Below are positions 52,932 to 63,400 of a DNA stretch of 64,000 bases, one piece after another (the first letter of the stretch is position 1; every line of letters begins with the position of its first letter). A model generated the notes under the pieces. The model ran no database searches and was not told where the DNA came from. It worked only from the letters and a program-made list of their open reading frames with translations. The DNA lies in the NCBI GenBank assembly GCA_018653365.1, contig JABIAG010000003.1:32001-96000 (forward strand). Reading direction: 5' to 3'. The DNA is from Candidatus Woesearchaeota archaeon. GTDB lineage: Archaea; Nanobdellota; Nanobdellia; Woesearchaeales; JABIAG01. Both the position numbers and the translations under genes were made by a program.

Positions 52932-55931
52932 ATGTCAGAAGAAGAAAATACAGTTATACCTAAGGTGATTAAGAAGGTCATTGAAGATGAGATGAAAGAG
53001 TCTTATATGGCTTATTCTATGAGTGTTATTGTAGGCCGTGCACTTCCTGATATTCGAGACGGTCTTAAGCCGGTGCATCGTAGAATCATGTTTGCAATGC
53101 ATGATTTGGGCATGTTTCACAACAAGCCGTTTAAGAAGTCGGCAAGGATTGTTGGTGAAGTTCTTGGTAAGTATCATCCTCATGGGGATACTGCAGTTTA
53201 TGATTCTATGGTTAGGATGGCCCAACCTTTTTCATTACGATATCCCTTAATTCAAGGTCAAGGAAACTTTGGTAGTGTTGATGGTGATAGTGCAGCTTCA
53301 ATGAGGTATACTGAAGCTAGACTTAGTAAAGTTTCAGAAGAAATCTTAGAAGATATTGATAAGGATACTGTTGATTTTATTCCTAATTTTGATGGGAGTC
53401 TAGAAGAGCCCTCTTTTCTTCCTTGTAAACTTCCTAATTTGTTAATTAATGGCAGTTCAGGTATTGCAGTGGGTATGGCAACTAACATTCCTCCACACAA
53501 CTTAACTGAAGTTTGTGAAGGTACTATAAAATTAATTGACGAACCCGAATGTGATTTTGAAGAATTAGTAAGCATCGTTAAGGGCCCAGATTTTCCAACT
53601 GGGGGAACCATTGTTGGTAGATCAGGCATTAGAAGCGCATTAGCTAAAGGGCGAGGAAAAGTTAGAATTAAAGCTAACACGTTTATTGAAGAAAAAAATA
53701 ATAGAAAAAAAATCATTGTTAACGAAATTCCTTATATGGTTAACAAATCACAACTTCTTATTCAGATTGCTGCTTGTGTTAAAGATAAAAGAATTTTGGG
53801 AATCTCTGATTTGCGTGATGAATCTGATCGTGAAGGTATGAGGATTGTTATAGAATTAAAACAGAATGCTAATGAGCAGGTAGTTCTTAATCAGTTATTT
53901 AAACATACTCGATTACAAGATACTTTTGGTATAATCATGCTCTCAATTGTTAACAACGAACCTAAAGTTCTTAATCTGAGAAGTATGCTTAAGCATTTCA
54001 TTAATCATAGAAAGAATGTTGTTACACGAAGAACTCAATATGAATTAAGAATTGCGCAAGAACGTGAACACATTCTTCGGGGTGTAGTTATTGCATTAGA
54101 TGATATTGATGAAATCATTCAAAAAATAAAGAAATCAAAAACAGTTAAAGAGGCTTCTGAAATGTTACAATCTGATTATTCTTTATCAGAAAAACAGTCT
54201 AAAGCAATTCTTGAGATGAGGTTACAAAAACTTTCTTCACTGGAACAACAAAAGGTTAGAGATGAATTAACAGAACTTGAAAATCGGATTAATGCATTAA
54301 AAGCGATTCTTGCAGATGAACAAAAGATTTTGGATATAATCAAATCTGAATTAAACGAAATAAAAGAAAAATATGGTGATGAAAGAAAAACAGCTATTGA
54401 TGAAGCCGAAGATGAGGATATGGAAGACGAAGATTTAATCAAAGAAGAAGAAATGGTTATCACACTTACTAATGAGGGCTATATTAAACGTTTACCTGTT
54501 GCAACCTATCGCGCTCAAAGAAGGGGTGGCCAGGGTGTTAAAGCAGCCACCACTAAAGATGAGGATTTTGTTGAAGAATTATTCGTTGCATCAACTCATG
54601 CATATTTACTAATTTTCACAGATAAAGGTAAAGTTTACTGGAAGAAGGTATATAAGATTCCTGAAGCGTCTAGAATTGCTAAGGGCTTACCAATTATTAA
54701 CCTGATTGAAAAAGAACAGGATGAAAAAGTTATGACTGTTATTCCAGTTAGGCATTTTGAAAAAGGCAAATTCTTATTCTTCGCTACTCGAAAGGGTACG
54801 GTTAAAAGAACTAGTCTAGATTATTTTTCAAAACCTCGAAGAGGGGGCATTATAGCTCTTGGTTTAAACGATGATGATGCATTAATTACTGTTAAAATGA
54901 CTGATGATAAGCAAAAAATTATTCTTGCTACTAAAAACGGTAGAGCAGTCAAATTTAAAGAAACTGATATTCGAAGTATGGGTCGAACCGCAACTGGCGT
55001 TAGAGGAATCCGAGTTAAAGAGAAGGATGAGTTAGTCGGGATGATTGTTGCTAATGATGAAAATACTCTTTTAACCATTACCAATAAAGGGTATGGTAAG
55101 CAAACTAAAATTGCAGATTATCGTTTAATTAATCGTGGTGGTGGCGGAGTTATTAATATTAAATGCACTGATAAAAATGGTCATGTTGTTTCAATTAAAA
55201 CAATAGAAGATGATGAAGATTTGTTGATCATTTCTAAAAATGGTGTTGCTATTCGTACAAATGCTTCTGCAATTTCTACTATTGGTAGAAACACTCAGGG
55301 AGTTAGAGTTATGAAGTTGAAAGAAACAGATTCTGTTGTTGCAGTTGCAAAATGTGCTAAAGAAGATGTTGAAGATATTGTTGAATCTGATTTAAATCCT
55401 GATAAACCTGATCAAGTTATTTCTGTTAAAAAAACAGTTCAACCTACAGAAGAGTCTGATTATGAGTCCCTTGTAGAAACAGTTGAACCTGTTCAAGAAG
55501 AGGTTATGGAAGTTGACGAAATCCCCATTAAAAAACCTGAAGAGGCTGTTGAAGAAGTAGATGAACCAATTAAGGAAGAAGTGAAAGAGCCTGTTCAAGA
55601 GGAAGTTACTGAGAAATCTTCAGAAGAAGTTGTAGATGAACCTGTTAAGGAAGTCGTTGAAGAGGCAGTAGACGAACCTGTTGCTGATTCAGTTAAAGAA
55701 GAGGTTAAAGAACCTGTTAAAGAAGAAGTTGTTGTCGAGGAGCCTAAAAAACCTGAAGAAGATAATGCGTCTGATTCAGAACCCTCAATTAAAGATCTTC
55801 AAAAACGAGCAGAAGCTTCGGGTAAGTCTCCAGTTGTTGATCAAGAAGAGGTTGATGATGCTGTTAAGAAAATTCAAGCAGGCAAAGTGATTAAGAAAAA
55901 TCCGTTCTTGAAAAGAATTTTTGGTAAATAA
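52932..55931 (+). CDS. gyrA: DNA gyrase subunit A with long acidic tail
   Basis: [28 protein letters not shown], GyrA-box QRRGGQG, beta-pinwheel repeats. Confidence 0.97.
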   Translation: MSEEENTVIPKVIKKVIEDEMKESYMAYSMSVIVGRALPDIRDGLKPVHRRIMFAMHDLGMFHNKPFKKSARIVGEVLGKYHPHGDTAVYDSMVRMAQPFSLRYPLIQGQGNFGSVDGDSAASMRYTEARLSKVSEEILEDIDKDTVDFIPNFDGSLEEPSFLPCKLPNLLINGSSGIAVGMATNIPPHNLTEVCEGTIKLIDEPECDFEELVSIVKGPDFPTGGTIVGRSGIRSALAKGRGKVRIKANTFIEEKNNRKKIIVNEIPYMVNKSQLLIQIAACVKDKRILGISDLRDESDREGMRIVIELKQNANEQVVLNQLFKHTRLQDTFGIIMLSIVNNEPKVLNLRSMLKHFINHRKNVVTRRTQYELRIAQEREHILRGVVIALDDIDEIIQKIKKSKTVKEASEMLQSDYSLSEKQSKAILEMRLQKLSSLEQQKVRDELTELENRINALKAILADEQKILDIIKSELNEIKEKYGDERKTAIDEAEDEDMEDEDLIKEEEMVITLTNEGYIKRLPVATYRAQRRGGQGVKAATTKDEDFVEELFVASTHAYLLIFTDKGKVYWKKVYKIPEASRIAKGLPIINLIEKEQDEKVMTVIPVRHFEKGKFLFFATRKGTVKRTSLDYFSKPRRGGIIALGLNDDDALITVKMTDDKQKIILATKNGRAVKFKETDIRSMGRTATGVRGIRVKEKDELVGMIVANDENTLLTITNKGYGKQTKIADYRLINRGGGGVINIKCTDKNGHVVSIKTIEDDEDLLIISKNGVAIRTNASAISTIGRNTQGVRVMKLKETDSVVAVAKCAKEDVEDIVESDLNPDKPDQVISVKKTVQPTEESDYESLVETVEPVQEEVMEVDEIPIKKPEEAVEEVDEPIKEEVKEPVQEEVTEKSSEEVVDEPVKEVVEEAVDEPVADSVKEEVKEPVKEEVVVEEPKKPEEDNASDSEPSIKDLQKRAEASGKSPVVDQEEVDDAVKKIQAGKVIKKNPFLKRIFGK

Positions 55932-55932
55932 T

Positions 55933-57000
55933 CTAGTTTATCTTTTCATTTATTTTTTGTTTACATAATTTCTTATAAAAATGAAAGTCATCTATTAAAT
56001 CACAATATGTTTTATCTTCAGTTTCTAGTGCAATGTTAACCACACAGTCTTGGCTTGGGCCATACCCACTTATTTCTCCCTCTCTGTTCATTCTTTTACA
56101 GATCGTAACATCTCTTGTCTTTTTGGCTATTTCCATTGCACATGTTGTTTTTTCTATTAATTCAATCGTTGTGTTTTGAATGATTCCTCCGAACTCATTT
56201 TTTTTGATCAGAGTTAAGTTCTTTTTTGGGCATTGTTCTACATCTAATTCTGTTATTGCTTTTGCCCAGGTAAAGTCTCTTTCGCAGTATTCTGTGTGAA
56301 ATGCATCTGTAAGTTTACACATGCTTTCATTATTGTTGTTGATCGCAAGTTGCAAAATACAGTTATGAATGTAATCATTGGAACCGTACTTAGTTGGAGT
56401 TAACAAATTACAGGTTTCAATACTATTTTTTTCTAATGCTTTTTTTGTTACGCAATTGATCTCTCTTATTTTGTCAGTCGACCATTCTATCTGGGTTCTT
56501 TTCATTTCTGTTTGTTGTGTATAAATGGCAAAACAATCGTTAACATTAGAACTTGTTAGGGCTTGCTTGTATATTTTTTCTTTCGGCGTTTCTTGTTTTT
56601 CTTCAAGTCTTTCATAACAGTATGTTTTTCCTGTTTCTGTTTTTGCTTCTGAGCACATTTCTGCAGCGTTTACATCAGAGTAACAATGGTCTGAATTTTT
56701 GAAACATGCTTCAACATACATATAAGGTAGTCCAAACTTACCTAAACATCTTGAGGGGTTAGCACAGGATCCTTTTGCCCCGCCTCTACCGGGTTGTATT
56801 AGTTCACATATATGTGGGTCTTTTTTGTCTAATGCTAATTTATAGTAACAGTTTGCTTCAGGACAGTCGCCCATAAATCCGTCTTTTGGCATTACTTCAC
56901 ACCCTACTTTTTTTATTGGTGTGTTGAAGATGATTGTAAGAATTATTAAGCAAGCTAATATGATTGCAAGAATTGTTAGGGCTTTTTGGAAAGGTTTCAT
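55933..57000 (-). CDS. Membrane-anchored Cys-rich repeat protein
   Basis: N-terminal TM; repeated C-x3-A-x3-D-x2-IC units. Confidence 0.8.
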   Translation of the reverse strand: MKPFQKALTILAIILACLIILTIIFNTPIKKVGCEVMPKDGFMGDCPEANCYYKLALDKKDPHICELIQPGRGGAKGSCANPSRCLGKFGLPYMYVEACFKNSDHCYSDVNAAEMCSEAKTETGKTYCYERLEEKQETPKEKIYKQALTSSNVNDCFAIYTQQTEMKRTQIEWSTDKIREINCVTKKALEKNSIETCNLLTPTKYGSNDYIHNCILQLAINNNNESMCKLTDAFHTEYCERDFTWAKAITELDVEQCPKKNLTLIKKNEFGGIIQNTTIELIEKTTCAMEIAKKTRDVTICKRMNREGEISGYGPSQDCVVNIALETEDKTYCDLIDDFHFYKKLCKQKINEKIN

Positions 57001-58034
57001 TTTTGTTTTTTTTCAAATTTTTTCAAATATCTTTCTAGTGTTTCTTTTACTTGTGTTCGGAGTTCTTTATTTTTAACGTTTTCAAGTATTGCATTCCACT
57101 TAATTGTTCGGACGTTTTTCATTCTGAACTTACTAACTAGCTCTCTTCCTGCTTTCTTAACTTCGTTTTCAATTTCAATTGCTTTGTCGCTATTAAAAAG
57201 GTTTGTTGCCGGTAACTTTGTAAATGCGTTTGCACCTGCTTTCAAGATCAAACTTATTTCTTTTATTCGATACTTTGCACTTCCAACAATGATCTCTAAT
57301 TTTGGAAAAGCGATTCTTACCTGGGCGATCCACCAGATTAAATCTTCTGTTGAAGGCCCGTTAGTGTAATCGGTGCCTGCTACTGGCCGTAATGTATAAA
57401 TGGTTATTCTGTCTAGGGGATTTTTTGTAATAAATTCTTTCAACTCAGTAAGATCTTTTCTACTTTCTCCCAATCCAATTATTATTGTCATACTTTTCTT
57501 AAATCCCATTTCACCTGAGTCTTTCAATAGTTTAACATAGGGTTGCATTTTTTTATCTGGGCAAACTTTGGCGTGTAATTTTTTATTTGTTGTTTCTATG
57601 CTTGCAACTATCCCTCCAGTTGAGCTTTTAAACATTTCAAGTTCTTTGGGTTTCATGGTTCCAAGGTTTAGCCAAATTTTTTCTCCGAGTACTTGTTTAC
57701 ACATCTTAGCTATTTCTGCTATTTCTTTTAGTGGGAAGATTCCATACCCTCCGGTTAAGAATTCTAGTCTCCATCCAAATCCTCGTATCATTACAGCTTC
57801 TGCTAACACGCTGGCTAGTGAGCGTCGTGCATCAGACGGATTTTTTATTTTATGTTTTTGAGTTGATCGAAAACAGAATTTGCACGTTCCCGTTTCACAA
57901 TACCAACTAAGAAAAATACATCGGCCAAACCACACCTTTCCATCGAAATTTTCTAGGTAAGTTTGGTTGGCTTTTTTTACAAGAGTGGCTAATTCTTTGT
58001 TTAGCGTTGGTGTTTTTGTTATTTCTTCATCCAT
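56997..58034 (-). CDS. Radical SAM protein (BioB/HydE-like fold)
   Basis: WYCETGTCKFC, FLTGG, IET, IIGLGE, LRP..GT, AGAN. Confidence 0.88.
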   Translation of the reverse strand: MDEEITKTPTLNKELATLVKKANQTYLENFDGKVWFGRCIFLSWYCETGTCKFCFRSTQKHKIKNPSDARRSLASVLAEAVMIRGFGWRLEFLTGGYGIFPLKEIAEIAKMCKQVLGEKIWLNLGTMKPKELEMFKSSTGGIVASIETTNKKLHAKVCPDKKMQPYVKLLKDSGEMGFKKSMTIIIGLGESRKDLTELKEFITKNPLDRITIYTLRPVAGTDYTNGPSTEDLIWWIAQVRIAFPKLEIIVGSAKYRIKEISLILKAGANAFTKLPATNLFNSDKAIEIENEVKKAGRELVSKFRMKNVRTIKWNAILENVKNKELRTQVKETLERYLKKFEKKQK

Positions 58035-58747
58035 TTTCTTATCGCTTCTGGTTTCATAACAGGCCAGTCATGTGTTCCGTCTATTGCTATTATTTTTGCC
58101 ATTTTTATTGGCTTGGCTATTTTTTTTATTAGTTCAAAATCAAACATTTCATCCTCTTTTGCTGCAAGTATTGTTATGGGAAATTTTGCATCAATTATTT
58201 CTTTTGAAAAGTCAACCGCATAATTTTTCTTTAGTGTTTTCCAGAACCATTTGTTAAATAAGTTTTTGAAGAAGTTGTCCATCCCTATTTTTAGCACCCA
58301 TTTTGTTTTCTTCTGTCTTTTCTTACATGCAAATGCTATTTTCTTAATACTTAATTCAAAAAAGATTTGCATTAATGATTGCATTTTTATTAATCCTGCG
58401 GGTGCAGCGATTACTAATTCTTTTACGGGTTGGCTTAGTGCATATTTTATTGCAAGTATGCATCCTGCGGAGTGTGCCATCACTATTGGTTTTTTAATTC
58501 CCCAAGCTTTAATCATTTTTTCAAGTACTTTGCTAAAGTCCTCAAGGGACATGGTTTGTTGGTAACTATCTGATTTGCCATGACTTGGCATATCTGGTAC
58601 GTAAACAGTATATTTTTCAGCTAGAATTGGAATTAGGTTCTTGTATGTTCTTGAATCACAATATATTCCTGGGATTAATACTACTGGTTCTCCTTTTCCT
58701 TTTTTTATATAATAGATTCGCAATCCATCGATGTTTAGGTAGGTCAT
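58019..58747 (-). CDS. Alpha/beta hydrolase
   Basis: GKGEPVVLIPG, PDMPSHGKS, AHSAG nucleophile elbow, D and GTH near the C-terminus. Confidence 0.88.
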   Translation of the reverse strand: MTYLNIDGLRIYYIKKGKGEPVVLIPGIYCDSRTYKNLIPILAEKYTVYVPDMPSHGKSDSYQQTMSLEDFSKVLEKMIKAWGIKKPIVMAHSAGCILAIKYALSQPVKELVIAAPAGLIKMQSLMQIFFELSIKKIAFACKKRQKKTKWVLKIGMDNFFKNLFNKWFWKTLKKNYAVDFSKEIIDAKFPITILAAKEDEMFDFELIKKIAKPIKMAKIIAIDGTHDWPVMKPEAIRKWMKK

Positions 58748-58801
58748 TGTTGTTTTGTATAAGGATAACTATTTTAAACTAATGGTTTTTAGTTATTTTT
58801 C

Positions 58802-59428
58802 ATGGGAGCTTTAAGAAATGTAAGAGATCATGCAACCTATGTGTTGATGGGTGCTACAATGTTTCCTTTTGCCCTGAGAAAACCTGGGGTTCGTTCTGGA
58901 AATTTTAACCAACATCAGATTGACCTTGGACACGAAACACTTTATGATAATCTGAGTGATCGTGGTTTCAGAAAAGAGGGCTTTCAATTAGTATATCCTG
59001 GTCAGACTGCAGGGTTGGTTAAGCCATTGTGCAAGCGAGGGGACGAAGTTCATGTTCGTTTTTATGAAAATGGAACTCTTTCTTGTGAAGTCGAGGAGTG
59101 GAGACTTAGTAGGGGACACTGGGATGGTGAACGTTCTGATGGGTCTCTTTTATTAGAACAAGAAATTGAACAAACTGACTTAAGCGAGGATCAAAAACTA
59201 GCTTTGCGTTCAAATATGAGTTATTCCGAACACGATTTTTCTTTAACCTGGGACAATCCTCTTTTTTGTGGTTTTTGTTTTAAGTTGGCATGCGCAGCTT
59301 TTGTTGCAGCGAGTATTTATATTGAACCTCATTTAAATGAATGGATGCATCCTTGGCAAGTTAGGACGCTAAATGAATATGTGCTTCCCTGGTTTACTCC
59401 TTTCATAAACCTTTTAAACACATTCTAA
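58802..59428 (+). CDS. Hypothetical protein
   Basis: 208-aa ORF; VHVRFY motif; C-terminal hydrophobic segment. Confidence 0.6.
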   Translation: MGALRNVRDHATYVLMGATMFPFALRKPGVRSGNFNQHQIDLGHETLYDNLSDRGFRKEGFQLVYPGQTAGLVKPLCKRGDEVHVRFYENGTLSCEVEEWRLSRGHWDGERSDGSLLLEQEIEQTDLSEDQKLALRSNMSYSEHDFSLTWDNPLFCGFCFKLACAAFVAASIYIEPHLNEWMHPWQVRTLNEYVLPWFTPFINLLNTF

Positions 59429-59440
59429 TTAAGGTTATTA

Positions 59441-60430
59441 ATGAAAGCATTACTAATAACTCAGAAGGGGGGCGAACCCGCAGCTAAGAAAGAGGTTAAA
59501 GATTTACTTGGGTTGGTTGGCAAGGTCGTACCTGAAGCTGTTGAGTTTGAATTTAAGGATTACAAACAACTTTTCACACTATCCTATCTTTCTCAGTCAG
59601 CATTAAGGATTGTTCTTTTAGAGAACCCTGAAGATTGGTTGGAAAAGGGAGATACGTTCTGTGTTAGAGCTAAAGATAAAGAAACAGAAATTGAGTATGG
59701 GAATAAAATAAGTGATGAGTTTAAGGTAAATCTTAAAGAACCTGATTTGCCATTGTATGTTCATAATAAAACGTTTGGAATCGATTTTACTGGGAATTTA
59801 AGTAAGCGTTCTTTTCGTATCTTTACGCATAGACAATCGTTAAAGGGTACAACTGCTTTTATTTTATTAAGTGAGGCAGGATTCAAACCGGGATTATCGC
59901 TATTAGACCCGTTTGCTAAGGACGGTACAATTATTTTTGAAGCTGCACACTATCTTAAACATCAGTCTGTTAGACATTTTGATAAGGATGAATTCAGATT
60001 CATTAATTTCAAGAAGTTTAAAGACATTAATTTTGATGAATTTTTTGCAGAGTTAGATAATAAGCAAGTAAAAGAGAAGAAATCCTTAATTTATGCTGTT
60101 TCTAATGAACTTAGAGATATTTCAGCAATAAAAAAGAATGCTAAAATTGCGGATTTAACCAATTTCAATATTAGTAAGTTGGATGTTGACTGGCTTGATA
60201 CTAAGTTTAAAGAACAGGAGGTTGATTTAATTGTTACATTCCCCCCTCCCCGACTTCCGACAAAAATTCTTAAAGAGTTTTATCATCAAGCCTCTTTTAT
60301 TGCAAAGAAGGTTGTTTTGTTAACCGATCCTGATTTTAATTATGAAGATAAGAATCTTAAGATAGAGAAGACTAAACTTATTGGGGTTGGTAAAGCAGAA
60401 TTAAAGCTTGTTTTTCTCTCTAAAAACTAA
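59441..60430 (+). CDS. THUMP-domain RNA methyltransferase-like protein (Trm14/RlmL-type), degenerate motifs
   Basis: VNLKEPD, GIDFTGNLSKR, LLDPFAKDGTI, DLIVTFPP. Confidence 0.8.
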   Translation: MKALLITQKGGEPAAKKEVKDLLGLVGKVVPEAVEFEFKDYKQLFTLSYLSQSALRIVLLENPEDWLEKGDTFCVRAKDKETEIEYGNKISDEFKVNLKEPDLPLYVHNKTFGIDFTGNLSKRSFRIFTHRQSLKGTTAFILLSEAGFKPGLSLLDPFAKDGTIIFEAAHYLKHQSVRHFDKDEFRFINFKKFKDINFDEFFAELDNKQVKEKKSLIYAVSNELRDISAIKKNAKIADLTNFNISKLDVDWLDTKFKEQEVDLIVTFPPPRLPTKILKEFYHQASFIAKKVVLLTDPDFNYEDKNLKIEKTKLIGVGKAELKLVFLSKN

Positions 60431-60464
60431 ACATTTATAAACGAATTTTCACCTCTTTCTATTT

Positions 60465-60834
60465 GGTAAGAAGGTGATTGGCTTACGGGGTTTACCCTGA
60501 GGAAAGTCCACCCACCGTTGAGTTGTTAATGTCGAAAGGCATCCCCAGAGATGGGAGGGCAACTGAGCAGAAACGATACCTTGTCAAGTTAAGGATGACG
60601 TTGAGAAACTGACGTTCCTTGTCTTACGAAAGTGAGACGGCAGAAATCTTTGATTTCGGCCGAATGAGGCTGAAACGTTGAATGATATCGCATTCAGTGT
60701 GCTTTATAGCATAGCAGTCCTAACCGGTGCAAGCCGGAAACACTTGTCAAAATGAGTGTTGGCGCTTAGTATAATGCCAAAACGTGCTGTCTGATTACAG
60801 AGCATGACAAAAGGTGGCTTACAGCCTTCTTACC
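60465..60834 (+). ncRNA. rnpB: RNase P RNA
   Basis: P1 GGTAAGAAGG/CCTTCTTACC; GAGGAAAGTCC; ACAAAAGGTGGCTTAC; TATA upstream and T-run downstream. Confidence 0.92.
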
Positions 60835-60883
60835 TTTTTTCTTTTCCATAACCTTTAAATATCTCTTACTCATCACAATGATT

Positions 60884-61039
60884 ATGAGTCAAGACAAAAT
60901 GTCTATGCCTTCTGGTATGGGTGGATTAGTACGTTATTTTGATGAATACAAGTCCAAGATAGAGTTTAAACCTGGCCATATAGTAATTCTAACAATAATT
61001 ATCATAATATTAATGATTTTATTGAATGTGTTGAATTAA
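60884..61039 (+). CDS. secG: Preprotein translocase Sec61-beta/SecG (not in the ORF track)
   Basis: MPSGMGGLVRYFDEYKSKIEFKPGH followed by a TM helix. Confidence 0.92.
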   Translation: MSQDKMSMPSGMGGLVRYFDEYKSKIEFKPGHIVILTIIIIILMILLNVLN

Positions 61040-61040
61040 A

Positions 61041-61385
61041 ATGATGCCTGGTATGAATCCTCGGAAAATGCAGCAGATGATGAAGAAGATGGGAATCCAG
61101 CAAGTGGATATTCCTGCTACTGAAGTTATTATAAAAACTGCAGATCAAGAAATTATAATCACCAACCCAAATGTAGCGAAAGTTAATGCAATGGGTCAAC
61201 AAACCTACCAGATTACTGGAGAAGAACATATAAGAGAAAAAACAGTAGAAGCGGAAATCACTGATGATGACATTAAAACTGTTATGGAACAAGCTAACTG
61301 TTCTGAAGAAAAAGCTAAATCTGCTTTGGAACAGACTGGGGACCTAGCAGAAGCAATTCTTAATATATCTTCTGGAGAAGAGTAA
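61041..61385 (+). CDS. nac: Nascent polypeptide-associated complex protein
   Basis: MNPRKMQQMMKKMGI; UBA-like DDIKTVMEQA...GDLAEAI. Confidence 0.95.
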   Translation: MMPGMNPRKMQQMMKKMGIQQVDIPATEVIIKTADQEIIITNPNVAKVNAMGQQTYQITGEEHIREKTVEAEITDDDIKTVMEQANCSEEKAKSALEQTGDLAEAILNISSGEE

Positions 61386-61418
61386 TTTTTTTATACTTTT
61401 AAACCCCTTATTTTACTT

Positions 61419-61910
61419 ATGGAGCGATATGAGCTTTTTAGAGAGAGCGCTAATAAGCATTTTCTTACTGCTGATAGGTTTCTTAATTTTACTTTTCGTA
61501 TAGTTAACGAGCCTAAAATGTTGTTGGGAGTTGTAGAGAATATTTTTCTTGCACTTATGTCTTCAGTGTCGTCATTACTTTACTTTGAGCGTTTATTCAA
61601 GTTCATACCTCCTTTTCCAGATACTTTTGAGGGTAAATTATTGGCTTTCAAGCCTTTACTAATCAAATACTCCTTGGGGGAGGATAATATTAAGCTAATT
61701 GAGAAGCTGCATGAGATTATGGTTGTGCACAAGAAGTGTCCAATCGAGTTTGTTAAAGATAATGCTTTGATTATGTGTTCAAGTTCTTATGATTGTGAGA
61801 AATTAACCTCCGAAATGGTCGTTATTTACTTTAAAAAAGCAAAATTATTTATAGAAGAGTCAAATACCATATTAAGGAAGAATGAACGAAATTATAGAAA
61901 CATTAATTGA
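61419..61910 (+). CDS. Hypothetical helical protein, HEPN-like
   Basis: A..HFLTADR...EF pattern; resembles the next gene. Confidence 0.65.
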   Translation: MERYELFRESANKHFLTADRFLNFTFRIVNEPKMLLGVVENIFLALMSSVSSLLYFERLFKFIPPFPDTFEGKLLAFKPLLIKYSLGEDNIKLIEKLHEIMVVHKKCPIEFVKDNALIMCSSSYDCEKLTSEMVVIYFKKAKLFIEESNTILRKNERNYRNIN

Positions 61911-62361
61911 TGAGATGAAGGATTCGTTGAAGCGAGCGGAGCATTCTTGTTATGTAAGTTTGAAGTATACTCGAACTGTTGACGTTCTTAAAAACTTAGT
62001 TGAACGTTTTATTACTACTATCTCTTTTGCGGTTGATGTTCTTTCTGCAGATTTGGAAGAGAAAGGTAAAATAATGGAGCAACCTGACTCGTTAATTGAA
62101 AAAGTTAATCTTACTAAGAGCAATTATGAAGAGGATGAAACAATCACTGCTGCTCTGGAGTTGCTTCTTTTACTAAGAAAGATAATTCGTGCAGATTATG
62201 GTCGTTGTGAAGAGTTTAGAAGACATGTTACAATGGTTGTTAAGGTTGAGGGTGAAGACTATCATCTGGACATTGACCTTTTAACAGCGTATTTTCATAA
62301 AATTAAAGAGTATGTAGGTTATATTGAAAGGTTGATAAAAGGAGAGAATGAAGATCAATAA
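61882..62361 (+). CDS. Hypothetical helical protein, HEPN-like
   Basis: LKRAEH..YVSLKYTRTVDV...EEFRRHVTM. Confidence 0.7.
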   Translation: MNEIIETLIDEMKDSLKRAEHSCYVSLKYTRTVDVLKNLVERFITTISFAVDVLSADLEEKGKIMEQPDSLIEKVNLTKSNYEEDETITAALELLLLLRKIIRADYGRCEEFRRHVTMVVKVEGEDYHLDIDLLTAYFHKIKEYVGYIERLIKGENEDQ

Positions 62362-62839
62362 GAAGGAACTTAAAGAAAAGGGGTGGTCTGCTAGTGAGAT
62401 CAAACATACTGAAAAACTCCTTAGACCCGAAGAGGACGCATCTAAAAAGATGCAAATTATGCTTTACTGGTTTATAATTCTTGCAATGGTTTTTCTTACT
62501 TTACTAATTTCTGGCTGGCTTATTCCTCTATTTATGGTATTGGATGGATGGTTGGTTTTTGTCTTATTATTTGTTTTAGGTTTGGCTTTTGGTGCCATGT
62601 TTAATAATCTTATAATTCATTTAGAACATCTCACGAAGAAGCATTATGTTATTGCGGGGTTACTTATTCCGGTTGTAGCCATAGCATCTTTGTTTATTAT
62701 AGTGAAAGCAGCTGCGTTTACTTCTGCATTATTTAATTTGTCAATTAGACAAAACCCTTTAGAGGTTTCATTATTTTATGTTGTTGGGTTTTTGATCCCG
62801 TATGTTTATGGGCTGATTTATACTAAGAAAAAACAATAA
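62348..62839 (+). CDS. Membrane protein (about 4 TM)
   Basis: L..KGWS..EI followed by hydrophobic helices. Confidence 0.75.
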   Translation: MKINKKELKEKGWSASEIKHTEKLLRPEEDASKKMQIMLYWFIILAMVFLTLLISGWLIPLFMVLDGWLVFVLLFVLGLAFGAMFNNLIIHLEHLTKKHYVIAGLLIPVVAIASLFIIVKAAAFTSALFNLSIRQNPLEVSLFYVVGFLIPYVYGLIYTKKKQ

Positions 62840-62930
62840 CCTTTATAAAAGTCCCATAATTTTCTCTAATCATAAGTCCGAGTTAATAGCGTATATAGGG
62901 CTGTAATATTCTTTACAGTCATTCATAAAA

Positions 62931-63398
62931 ATGAGTCAAGAAAAACCAAAAGAACAAATGCAGAATTTAATTAGGGTAGCGAATGCTGACCTAAAAACAG
63001 GTAGTTCTCTTTTTGTTGGACTTACAAAAATTAATGGAGTTAGTTTTATGTTTGCTAATGCCATTTGTAAAGTTCTTGATTTGAAAAAATCTATGAAAGT
63101 TTCTGAACTTGACGATGCTACAATTACTAGAATTGAGCAAGTTATTGAAAATCCTTTAAAATTTAACTTTCCAAATTGGCTTCTTAATAGAAGACGTGAC
63201 CCCGAAACTGGGGAAGATATGCATATATCTTTGAGTGATGTTAAATTTGTTAAAGAAAATGACATTAAATTGATGAAAAAAATCAAATCCTATAGGGGTA
63301 TGAGACATCAATGGGGCCTTCCTGTAAGAGGTCAAAGAACAAAATCTAATTTCCGAAGAAATAAAGGTAAAGCAATGGGAGTTAAAAGGAAGAAATAA
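62931..63398 (+). CDS. rps13: 30S ribosomal protein uS13
   Basis: PNWLLNRRRD, SYRGMRH.WGLPVRGQRTK. Confidence 0.97.
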   Translation: MSQEKPKEQMQNLIRVANADLKTGSSLFVGLTKINGVSFMFANAICKVLDLKKSMKVSELDDATITRIEQVIENPLKFNFPNWLLNRRRDPETGEDMHISLSDVKFVKENDIKLMKKIKSYRGMRHQWGLPVRGQRTKSNFRRNKGKAMGVKRKK

Positions 63399-63400
63399 AA

